Source of the DNA: an uncultured bacterium
GTDB lineage: Bacteria; Actinomycetota; Acidimicrobiia; Spongiisociales; UBA5794
NCBI GenBank assembly: GCA_963801165.1
Contig: CAWDDT010000013.1
Location: 160,001-224,000, forward strand
Length of the DNA stretch: 64,000 nucleotides
Reading direction: 5' to 3'
This document shows, piece after piece, positions 17,127 to 25,521 of this stretch. Below the pieces are notes generated by a model. That model saw only the letters and a program-made list of their open reading frames with translations, did no database searches and was not told the DNA's origin. Position 1 is the stretch's first letter; the number at the start of each line of letters is the position of its first letter. The translations under genes and the position numbers were made by a program.

Positions 17127-17879
17127 TCATATCTCGTAAATGTCACCGGGGGAAGCGACCACGACGGGTCCACCAAACACGTGCTCGGCGGCCGCGATCG
17201 ACCGCCCCGGGTCGTGACCCGGCCGCAGGTGCGTCAGGATCAGCTTGCCGGCGCCGGCAGTTCGTGCGATCTCACCCGCCTCGGCAGGGGTCAGGTGATG
17301 CGCGAATTCGTGCTCCCCTCGCGGACCGGGAAGGGTTGCCTCAGCCATCACTACCCCGGCACCCTGACACAGATCGGGGAACCCGCCGCCGGGGCCGGTG
17401 TCGGCCGAGTACACAAGGGCCCGCCCGCCGGCCTCGAACCTCGTCGCCACCGTCGGCACCGAGTGGGCGGTGACGGCGAAACGCATTTCGATGTCACTCA
17501 CCTCGACGTGGTTCTCGGCCCCTACTTCGTGGAAGTCGAAAACCTCGAACAGCACGTGGCCCTTCTCCGCCCCGAGGAACTCGGCGATGTGCTGAGACAC
17601 GCCGGATGCGGCGTACACGGGAAGCCCATGCCGCTCGAACGGGCCGTATGCCAGCGCGTGGTAGAGAGCGAGGAAGTCGGCACAGTGATCGGGGTGGCGA
17701 TGCGACAGCACCACCGCATCGAGCTCGTCGGGCGACATCCTCCGCAGCAACTCGCCCATAACGCCAAACCCGGCGTCACAGAGGATGTGGGTCGACTGAT
17801 GGCTCACCAAGTAGCCGGAACAAGGTTGGTCCGGGCTCGGGTAGGTACCCGTGCTTCCCAGTACAACAAGCTGCATCAT
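17127..17879 (-). CDS. MBL-fold metallo-hydrolase (RNase Z/cyclic-nucleotide phosphodiesterase-like)
   Basis: 'LSHRHPDHCAD', 'YSADTG', 'LILTH'; usual neighbour of rph; true start 'MMQLVVLGS'. Confidence 0.9.
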   Translation of the reverse strand: MMQLVVLGSTGTYPSPDQPCSGYLVSHQSTHILCDAGFGVMGELLRRMSPDELDAVVLSHRHPDHCADFLALYHALAYGPFERHGLPVYAASGVSQHIAEFLGAEKGHVLFEVFDFHEVGAENHVEVSDIEMRFAVTAHSVPTVATRFEAGGRALVYSADTGPGGGFPDLCQGAGVVMAEATLPGPRGEHEFAHHLTPAEAGEIARTAGAGKLILTHLRPGHDPGRSIAAAEHVFGGPVVVASPGDIYEI

Positions 17880-18127
17880 CTGCTCCCGAAGAACACAATC
17901 ATCCACACCGCCGCCAGGGCGATCGCGGCGAGCAACGGAACCCATACCGTGCGCCGCCACATTGCGGCGCCGATACCACCGGTCACCAGCCACGCCATGC
18001 TGAGCGTAATCAGCCACCCTGACGCGATCACACCACCGGATGCCACGATCAGCACGCCGACGAACAAGAAGAGCGCTACACCTACCAACCCGTACACGGT
18101 GAGGTGCTCCGACCTGGCTTGCGTCAC
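17876..18127 (-). CDS. Small membrane protein (3 TM)
   Basis: Hydrophobic 83-aa ORF overlapping both neighbours by 4 nt. Confidence 0.7.
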   Translation of the reverse strand: MTQARSEHLTVYGLVGVALFLFVGVLIVASGGVIASGWLITLSMAWLVTGGIGAAMWRRTVWVPLLAAIALAAVWMIVFFGSR

Positions 18128-18534
18128 GGAACCTCCCGGAGCACTACCTCGTCAACCTTCATTTCGCGGATGCGAAACCCGCGTACCTCGGGAAACCCGC
18201 CTTCCATGCCGACCACCAGATACAGCCAGGACGCATCGAGCGCACCGGCGATGTCCCGGGCGGAAGGGAACGCCGCCGATTCTGGATGGGAATGAAAGGA
18301 ACCGCCGATCGCCCAACCCAGCCCTTCGGCGTTGCGAATCGCTCCGTAGTGCTCCGGTGGCGCCACGGTGAAACGAACCGGGGATCGCTCTACGTTCGTC
18401 ATCGCATAAGCCATGCACAGCCTGCCGGCATCGTCCACCGCCAGCAGACCACAGGCTTCCTCGGGCATACAGAACTCGGCGTGGGCAACGACCGCCCGGC
18501 GAATCTGCGAGGGAAGCTCGACCTGTTCCATCAC
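18124..18534 (-). CDS. JAMM/MPN (M67) metallopeptidase, Mec-like
   Basis: 'PEEACGLL', 'FHSHPESAAFPSARD'. Confidence 0.92.
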   Translation of the reverse strand: MMEQVELPSQIRRAVVAHAEFCMPEEACGLLAVDDAGRLCMAYAMTNVERSPVRFTVAPPEHYGAIRNAEGLGWAIGGSFHSHPESAAFPSARDIAGALDASWLYLVVGMEGGFPEVRGFRIREMKVDEVVLREVP

Positions 18535-19745
18535 AACGGATCCCGCTCAATGGGTTGGGTCATGCAACGGCTCCCTCCCCGCCCCCGGCACAGCTCGCTG
18601 GCGTCGAGTTCGAGCACCTCGACACCGGCATCACCGAGGCGACGGTTGGTCTCCTTGTTCCGTTGGTAGGCGATGACAACACCCGGGGCGATGGCCAGCG
18701 TGTTGTTGCCGTCGTCCCATTGTTCGTGCAACTGACCGATGGCGTCCCCACCGGTCACCACAAAGGTGATGTCGTCGAGATCGAGAGTGGCCCGAAGAGC
18801 CGCCTCGAGACCGCCGCTTCGCTCGACCACGAGCCCGCCTTCCCCGGCGGTGATGACGTGCACGTCCACTGCGTCGAGCAGGCCAGGGAAGACGTTGAAC
18901 ACCGATCGGTCGACCATGGTGAACACAGTGTCGAGATGCATGACGGCACGGGTCTGGCGCAGGTGGACGACGATGATCTTCTCGATGGACGATCCGCCGA
19001 GCAACCGTCGCGCCAGCAACTCGACCGCCGCAGGGGCGGTTCGCTCACCCAGCCCGATCATCAGCGTGTCCTCGGCGAGAACGAGCACGTCCCCACCCTC
19101 GATGGTCGCCGGATAGTGGTCATCGGGTCCGGTCCCGTACCAGATCGGGAACGATTCATCCCGGAACCGTGGGTGGTGCCGGTAGATCTCCTTCATGTAC
19201 AGCGACTCACGCTCGCGGGCCGGCGTCGCCAGGACATTGATTAACAACCCGTCGCACACCCACGCCGCGTTGTCACGCATGAAGAGAAGGTTGGGCAGCG
19301 GGCGGAGCACGTAGTGGAAACGGTCGGCGACCAGATCGGCAAACAAGGGATCGACACCCCATTCGCCGAGCTCCCGCTCCAGCAGACCACCGAGCAGCAC
19401 ATCGACTACCCGGCCGCATTCCGCCTCGCGGAAACTCCGCCGCAGCCGCTCCGCCACCCCGGCGCCACACCGGGCAGGGGTGATGATGTCGTCAATGATG
19501 TCGCCCCTGATCCCATCGTCGTCGAGGATGTCGCGCAACAAATCCTCGAAGTAGAGGACCTCGGTCCCCCGATCAGTCATGAGCTTGGTGAAGCGATCGT
19601 GCTCCTCCTGGGCTCGCTCCAACCAGAGCAGGTCGTCAAAGAGAAGAGCGTCCTTGTTGTCGGGGGTGAGCCGGGCGATTTCGATGCCGGGGCGGTGTAC
19701 CAGCACCGTACTAAGCCGACCGATCTCGCTGCTGACATGACCCAT
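18531..19745 (-). CDS. arcA: Arginine deiminase
   Basis: 'VSSEIGRL', 'LLFDD', 'PNLLFMRD', 'IEGGD', 'MHLDTV', catalytic 'GGSRCMTQP'. Confidence 0.95.
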   Translation of the reverse strand: MGHVSSEIGRLSTVLVHRPGIEIARLTPDNKDALLFDDLLWLERAQEEHDRFTKLMTDRGTEVLYFEDLLRDILDDDGIRGDIIDDIITPARCGAGVAERLRRSFREAECGRVVDVLLGGLLERELGEWGVDPLFADLVADRFHYVLRPLPNLLFMRDNAAWVCDGLLINVLATPARERESLYMKEIYRHHPRFRDESFPIWYGTGPDDHYPATIEGGDVLVLAEDTLMIGLGERTAPAAVELLARRLLGGSSIEKIIVVHLRQTRAVMHLDTVFTMVDRSVFNVFPGLLDAVDVHVITAGEGGLVVERSGGLEAALRATLDLDDITFVVTGGDAIGQLHEQWDDGNNTLAIAPGVVIAYQRNKETNRRLGDAGVEVLELDASELCRGRGGSRCMTQPIERDPL

Positions 19746-20185
19746 GCAGTCGGACTCTAGGGCGTCATTGCCCGCTCCGGCGGTCGCGACCAGCGCAGAC
19801 GCGGAAGAACCCGGAGCGTCTTCGGTCGTCACGAGGTTCTCGAGACGTTGACCGCCGCGATAGGACCAGATCGCAGATCTCCGGGTTCCGGTGGTCCGAG
19901 TTGGAGTCGCCACCTGACCTCACGCAGAGGTCAAAGCAGCTACTCGAACGGGTAGCCGCTTAGCGCTCGGCCACCTCCAGGGTCCTATTAGAACTGTCAT
20001 GCATTGCTTGGACCACCTCCCTTCTCTGGTGAGCGCATTTTGCCACACTTGCGCAACTTGTCGAGCGATATTGACGAATGACCGATACGCATATACGCAT
20101 TAGTTGTCGACGCTACTCATCAATTGTGGTTATGCTCCGCACCGCAGGGCACCATTGCGCCCTGCCCTACGGGAGGTAATGAAGA

Positions 20186-21532
20186 ATGAACATGCTCAAA
20201 CCGAACCGCTTTGTTCTGGCACTGGGCGCCTTTGCACTGCTGATAGCAGCCTGCGGCGGCGGCACAGACACAGCAACAACGACGGCACCGGAGACCACCG
20301 CAGCGACAACCACAACAGCTGCTGCGACAACTACAACGGCCGCGGCTACAACCACCACCGCGGCGGAGACAACCACGACTGCGGCGGCCATGCCGGACAA
20401 CGCCGACGGCGTTCTCAAGTTCGGCTACGTGCTGCCGCAAACAGGTGCTCTCTCCGCCATCATCGATGCGTTGGTCAAGCCGATCGAGATGGCGCAGAGC
20501 GAGATCGCGGATGCCGGCTTCGATTTCACCCTGGTGCCCGGCGACTCCGGTACCGATCCGGCAATCGCATCGACTTCAGTCGACGGTCTCTTGAATGACG
20601 GTGTCGACGCCATCTTCGGTGCCGCCGCATCGGGAGTCTCGGAATCCATCCTCAGCAAGGTGACCGGCTCCGGGGTGGCAATGTGCTCCGGTTCCAACAC
20701 CGCGGCATCGCTGACCACAGCCGATGACGGCGGGTTCTACTTCCGGACAGCACCGTCCGACGTTCTCCAGGGTCCGGCTCTTGCCGACGTGATCACCGGC
20801 GACGGCGCCTCGAGTGTCGCCATCGTTTACCGCAACGATGAGTACGGCGCCGGCTTCAACGAGGCGCTTGCAAGCGGTCTCGAGGACAATGGCGTCACCG
20901 TTGCCACCCAGATCTCCTACGACCCGAACGCCACATCGTTCGATGCTGAAGCCCAGCAGATCGCAGACGCCGGGGTCGATGCCGTCGCCATCATCGTGTT
21001 CGGTGAAGGTGCTCAGTTGCTCCAGGCGATGATCGAGGCTGGCGTTGGCCCTGCCGATGTCCAGATCTACGTCGCCGACGGCTTCAAGGACACGGTTTCC
21101 GCTGCTGACGTCGATCCGAACAACGCTGCGGTGCTCGAGGGCATCCGCGGCACGGCTCCGTCGGCCAACCCACCCAACGGCGAGGCGACGTTCGGTGACC
21201 GGCTCGAGGCGTTCGCTCCGGGCACACCGACGATCTTCTCGGCTCAGTTCTACGACTGCACCGTGGTGTTTGCGCTTGCGTCTGCTATCGCCGGCACCGA
21301 CGACGTGTCGGTGTGGGTCAACGAGGTGAACGGAGTGACCAAGGACGGTACGAAGTGCACCAGCTTCGCCGATTGCTACACGCTCGTGCAGGCGGGCGAG
21401 GACATCGACTACGACGGCGCCTCCGGTCCGCTCGAGTTCACTGATGTGGGCGAGCCGTCCACGGGCGTCTACGACGTCTTCCAATACGACTCCGACGGGA
21501 ACGCACAAACCGAATCCCAGGTCGAGGTCTAG
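20186..21532 (+). CDS. Branched-chain amino acid ABC transporter substrate-binding lipoprotein
   Basis: Lipobox 'IAAC', Thr/Ala-rich linker, 'FRTAPSDVLQG', 'DIDYDGASG'. Confidence 0.92.
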   Translation: MNMLKPNRFVLALGAFALLIAACGGGTDTATTTAPETTAATTTTAAATTTTAAATTTTAAETTTTAAAMPDNADGVLKFGYVLPQTGALSAIIDALVKPIEMAQSEIADAGFDFTLVPGDSGTDPAIASTSVDGLLNDGVDAIFGAAASGVSESILSKVTGSGVAMCSGSNTAASLTTADDGGFYFRTAPSDVLQGPALADVITGDGASSVAIVYRNDEYGAGFNEALASGLEDNGVTVATQISYDPNATSFDAEAQQIADAGVDAVAIIVFGEGAQLLQAMIEAGVGPADVQIYVADGFKDTVSAADVDPNNAAVLEGIRGTAPSANPPNGEATFGDRLEAFAPGTPTIFSAQFYDCTVVFALASAIAGTDDVSVWVNEVNGVTKDGTKCTSFADCYTLVQAGEDIDYDGASGPLEFTDVGEPSTGVYDVFQYDSDGNAQTESQVEV

Positions 21533-21570
21533 GGGCCGGGCCACTCGGTTCCAACACTCCTACGACCGTC

Positions 21571-21603
21571 AGAGAAGGGGCCCGTTCATCGGGCCCCTTC
21601 TCT
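21571..21603. terminator. Intrinsic terminator hairpin between convergent genes
   Basis: AGAGAAGGGGCCCG-TTCAT-CGGGCCCCTTCTCT, a perfect 14-bp stem. Confidence 0.85.
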
Positions 21604-21630
21604 ATCCAGCCCTAACAGGGTGTGGGCCTG

Positions 21631-22368
21631 TTACTTGGCCCTCCCTAACGTACCGAGGTAGAGGTCGATGATCTTGGGGTCGTGTAGCAGCTCGGCCCCG
21701 ATTCCTGTATATGCGTTCGTCCCCTGGTCGAGTACATAGCCGCGGTCACAGATCTGGAGACAGCGGCGGGCGTTCTGCTCGACCATGATGATCGACACCC
21801 CGGTGTCGGCAATCTGGCGAATCCGATCGAAGATCATGTCCTGGTTGGCGGGAGACAGACCGGCCGACGGCTCGTCGAGCAATAGGACCGACGGGTCCAT
21901 CATCAACGCTCGCCCCATCGCCAGCATCTGCCGCTCCCCACCGGACATGAACCCGGCCCGCTGCCGGATGCGGTCGGCAAGCACCGGAAAAAGTTCGGTC
22001 ACGACCTCGAACCGCTCGTCCCATCGTTCCGACGCCAGAAACAGACCCATCTCGAGGTTCTCCTCGACGGTCAGCGTCTGGAACACATTCTCACGCTGCG
22101 GCACGTAGCCGACCCCCTTGGCCACCAGGACGTGGGCTGCCAGATTGGTGATCTCGTCGCCGCGCAACGTCACCGACCCGCGCCGGACGTTCACCAAACC
22201 GAACAACGCCTTGACGAGGGTCGACTTGCCCGCCCCGTTGGGGCCGATGATCCCGACGAGCTCACCCTCTGCAAGCGTCAGGTTGCATCCATTGAGAATG
22301 TCGACTCCGGGGAGGTAGCCGGCGAACACATCGCTTGCCTCGATGAGATGCGACGCTGTGGTGATCAC
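21631..22368 (-). CDS. livF: Branched-chain amino acid ABC ATP-binding protein (LivF-like)
   Basis: 'GPNGAGKST', 'MSGGERQMLAMGRAL', 'LDEPSAGL', 'VEQNA'. Confidence 0.9.
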   Translation of the reverse strand: MITTASHLIEASDVFAGYLPGVDILNGCNLTLAEGELVGIIGPNGAGKSTLVKALFGLVNVRRGSVTLRGDEITNLAAHVLVAKGVGYVPQRENVFQTLTVEENLEMGLFLASERWDERFEVVTELFPVLADRIRQRAGFMSGGERQMLAMGRALMMDPSVLLLDEPSAGLSPANQDMIFDRIRQIADTGVSIIMVEQNARRCLQICDRGYVLDQGTNAYTGIGAELLHDPKIIDLYLGTLGRAK

Positions 22369-23192
22369 AGGGCCTCCCCGTGGTGACGTCCCAGATAGGC
22401 GTCGATGACGTCGTCGTTAGCGGCGATATGGGACGGTGGCCCTTCAGCGATGAGGCTCCCCTGCGCCAGCACGATGACCCAGTCGCTTATCTCCTGGACG
22501 ACGTCCATGTCGTGCTCGATGAAGATCACGGTCTTGTCATCGTCGCGCAGCGCGGTGATGTGGTGGAGGAGAGACTGGGTCAGCGCCGGATTCACCCCCG
22601 CCATCGGCTCGTCGAGCATGATCAGCTCAGGGTTGACCATCAGCGCTCGCGCCATCTCGAGCAGCTTGCGTTGCCCTCCCGAGAGACTCCCGGCAAACTC
22701 ATTGCGCATCTGAATGAGGTCGAAACGCTCCAGCAAATCCTCGGCTCGGCCTGTGTTCTCCCGCTCGATCCTGCGCCACGAGGTGAACAGACCTCCGAGC
22801 AGCCTCTCCCCATGCTGGTCGGTGGCACCGAGAAGCACATTCTCGAGCACGGTGAGCCTGGCCAGCGAGCGTGTCAGTTGGAACGTTCTCACGACACCCT
22901 TGCGAGCGACGCGGTAGGCCGGGATGCCAACGAGTGGCCCACCGTCTAGATGCCAGTGGCCGGCGTCCGCTTTGTCGAAACCGGTGAGGAGGTTGAACAG
23001 CGTGGTCTTGCCGGCACCGTTGGGACCGATCAGCGACGTGATGGTGTGCCGCTGGATCTCGAGGTGGCCGACGTCGACGGCCAGCAGCCCGCCGAAAGCT
23101 CGGCTGATGTGCTCGACCACCAGGATCGGGTCGGGCTTGGCCACGCCCGGCTCGCAGGGAATGCCGGCAAGCGGAGATTCAGCGGTCGCCAA
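22365..23192 (-). CDS. livG: Branched-chain amino acid ABC ATP-binding protein (LivG-like)
   Basis: 'GPNGAGKTTLFN', 'RTFQ', 'LDEPMAGVNP', 'IEHDM', 'VIDAYLG'. Confidence 0.9.
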   Translation of the reverse strand: MATAESPLAGIPCEPGVAKPDPILVVEHISRAFGGLLAVDVGHLEIQRHTITSLIGPNGAGKTTLFNLLTGFDKADAGHWHLDGGPLVGIPAYRVARKGVVRTFQLTRSLARLTVLENVLLGATDQHGERLLGGLFTSWRRIERENTGRAEDLLERFDLIQMRNEFAGSLSGGQRKLLEMARALMVNPELIMLDEPMAGVNPALTQSLLHHITALRDDDKTVIFIEHDMDVVQEISDWVIVLAQGSLIAEGPPSHIAANDDVIDAYLGRHHGEAL

Positions 23193-24171
23193 TGAGCATC
23201 TCCTCCTTGCTTCCGAACAGTCCTTGTGGACGGAACGCCATCAGGGCCATCAACCCGACACCGACGAGAACGAGCTTGACCTGAGCCGCGTCGGTCGCAT
23301 CGAACCCGGCCCAGTTGAACCAGCCCTGCTGCTGGGCGCTCGCCATGAAGCTGTCGAAGAAGAAGAACAGGAACTGGAATATCAGAGCACCGACGACGGG
23401 GCCGAGGATGGTGCCTGCTCCCCCGACGATCACAATCACATACAGGAAGAAAGTCACCTTGGGCTCGAACGAGTTCGGGTTGACGTTCTGCTGCTCGATG
23501 GCGAGCAGCGCCCCCGCTATAGCCCCGAACCCTCCACCGAGCATGAGCGCCTGGAGCTTGTACAAGAAGACGTTCTTGCCGAGGCTGCGGGCGGCGTCCT
23601 CGTCCTCGCGGACGGCACGGACGACCCGGCCCCATGGGCTTCGGATCAGCTTCCACGTGATGAGCAGCCCGATACCGACCAACGCCCATCCCACCAGGCT
23701 CACAAAAAGAGCTCTGCCCTGGAAGACGAACTGACCCCAGCCGTAGCGGGCCCCAGGGGAGAACGGGTTAAGGTCGAAGAACTGGTTGGCAAACGCCTGG
23801 ATGCCGAACACGCCGCCGGTGAACGGCTCCGCAAACCCGGAGCGAGCGACGAGACGCATGATCTCACCGATCGAGATGGTCACTATGGCGAGATAGTCGG
23901 CGCGCAGCCTCAGGGTGGGTATGCCGAGTAACAGCCCCAGCCCTGCCCCGGCGACGACACCGACGACGATTCCCAGCCATAGCGATCCTCCGGCGTCAAC
24001 GGTGATCGCCGTCCCATATGCCCCTGCCATCATGAATGCGACGTGGCCGAAGTTGAGCAGCCCCGCATAGCCGAACTGCAGGTTGAGCCCGATCGCCGAG
24101 AGGGCATAGGCCGCACCCGCCGGCCCCAGCGCCGCCAGCACTCCATGGAAGAATATGTTCGTCCAGTCCAT
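23179..24171 (-). CDS. livM: Branched-chain amino acid ABC permease (LivM-like)
   Basis: 'GLNLQFGYAGLLNFGH', 'LRLRADYLAIVT', 'RAVREDEDAA'. Confidence 0.9.
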   Translation of the reverse strand: MDWTNIFFHGVLAALGPAGAAYALSAIGLNLQFGYAGLLNFGHVAFMMAGAYGTAITVDAGGSLWLGIVVGVVAGAGLGLLLGIPTLRLRADYLAIVTISIGEIMRLVARSGFAEPFTGGVFGIQAFANQFFDLNPFSPGARYGWGQFVFQGRALFVSLVGWALVGIGLLITWKLIRSPWGRVVRAVREDEDAARSLGKNVFLYKLQALMLGGGFGAIAGALLAIEQQNVNPNSFEPKVTFFLYVIVIVGGAGTILGPVVGALIFQFLFFFFDSFMASAQQQGWFNWAGFDATDAAQVKLVLVGVGLMALMAFRPQGLFGSKEEMLIGDR

Positions 24172-25457
24172 CAGCCGATCCGTTCCCGAGTTCCCAAAAG
24201 ACCCTGTGGCCGTACCAGCAGCATCACGACGAGCACCGCAAGTGCTACTGCGTTCTTCACATTCGGGTCGATCCAGAATGTGCTCATCTCGATAGTGACT
24301 CCAACGATGAATGCCCCCACCATGGCCCCAAAGGCCGTACCCAGACCGCCCAACACCACGGCGGCGAATATCAGCAACAACAGCTTGAAGCCCATGTCCC
24401 ACTGCACGGTCTCGGATGCACCCTCGAGAACGCCACCCAACCCGGCCAGCCCCGCTCCGACCACCCAGGTGACCAGGATGACCCGCTCGGCGTCGATCCC
24501 AGACGACTCCGCGAGATCACGGTTGTCGGCTACTGCGCGCATGGCGGTTCCCGTCTTGGTGCGCTGGAGGAACAGTCCGACCCCGATCAGCACCACGATG
24601 CTGAGACCGATGATGACCACGTTCTTGGGAACGGTCCGCACGCCGAGAAGTGTGATCGGCTGCTGCACCGCAAAGTCCGCGTAAGTCCGCGGTTCTCCAC
24701 CGAACATGATGTTGATGACGTTGCGGATCGCAAACGACAAGCCAATCGAGATGACGAGCATTGAGATGAGCCCTGCCCGCCGTCGCCGCAACGGCCGCCA
24801 CAGAACGGTCTCGTTGAGCCACCCGAAGGCTGCCGTGGCCAGGATCGCCGGGATCGCGGCGGCAATCAGCGGCCAGCCGGGGCCAAGCGGCGAAAGGTGA
24901 AAGAAGTAGGCGATGACCGCACCCATCGTGACCAGCTCACCGTGGGCGAAGTTGACCAGTCCGGTCACACCGAAGATCAGGGACAAACCGATCGACGCCA
25001 TGGCGATGATCGCACCCAGCTTCAGCCCGATGATGAACAGCTCGAGGAGACGTTCGACCGTCGATGCGCCGCCCGTGGAGAGACCAGGGCCGAGATTGAA
25101 TCGGGCCGTCTTCTGCTGGTTGTCGCGCACGGTCAGATTGGGTAGTTCGGACCGCTCGGGATCGGTCAGGGCGACCCCCTCGGGAAGAGTGTCCACCTCG
25201 AGCCGCACAAGGTAGCTACCCGGGCCAGGCACCGGGACCTCCCAGTTGCCCTCGGCGTCGGACACGGCACTGCCGATCTCCGCACCGTCGCTCTCGACTG
25301 TGACGGTGACCCCCGCGACCGGTTCGCGCACGTCGCCGTCGATCTTCTCGAGAGTCCCCTTGATCGTCTCACCTTCGGCGTGCGCTGCAAGGGGGAAAGA
25401 GAAGAACGCCACAATGGCGATCATCACAATCAGCAGGGATCGTATCGTCGTTCGCAC
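24171..25457 (-). CDS. livH: Branched-chain amino acid ABC permease (LivH-like) with extra N-terminal extracellular domain
   Basis: Signal peptide and beta-sandwich region, then 'GLSLIFGVTGLVNFAHG', 'MRAVADN', 'RPQGLLG'. Confidence 0.88.
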   Translation of the reverse strand: MRTTIRSLLIVMIAIVAFFSFPLAAHAEGETIKGTLEKIDGDVREPVAGVTVTVESDGAEIGSAVSDAEGNWEVPVPGPGSYLVRLEVDTLPEGVALTDPERSELPNLTVRDNQQKTARFNLGPGLSTGGASTVERLLELFIIGLKLGAIIAMASIGLSLIFGVTGLVNFAHGELVTMGAVIAYFFHLSPLGPGWPLIAAAIPAILATAAFGWLNETVLWRPLRRRRAGLISMLVISIGLSFAIRNVINIMFGGEPRTYADFAVQQPITLLGVRTVPKNVVIIGLSIVVLIGVGLFLQRTKTGTAMRAVADNRDLAESSGIDAERVILVTWVVGAGLAGLGGVLEGASETVQWDMGFKLLLLIFAAVVLGGLGTAFGAMVGAFIVGVTIEMSTFWIDPNVKNAVALAVLVVMLLVRPQGLLGTRERIG

Positions 25458-25478
25458 GGTGCCGGGAGTCTAGGTCGG

Positions 25479-25521
25479 CGCCGCGCGCCCCGCACAACTA
25501 CGCCGCGCGCCTGCACAACTA
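25479..25521. repeat. Imperfect 21/22-bp tandem duplication
   Basis: CGCCGCGCGCCCCGCACAACTA CGCCGCGCGCCTGCACAACTA between the kinase stop and the livH start. Confidence 0.7.

Noticed and set aside
19746-19913. N-terminal extension of arcA
   Set aside because: Family similarity begins at MGHVSSEIG; the extension is not protein-like
20071-20100. ARG box or promoter between arcA and the ABC binding protein
   Set aside because: Only an ATACGCAT direct repeat and a TTGACG without a convincing -10; too weak to call
20269-20390. Thr/Ala repeat as a DNA repeat element
   Set aside because: Low-complexity linker of the lipoprotein with varied codons
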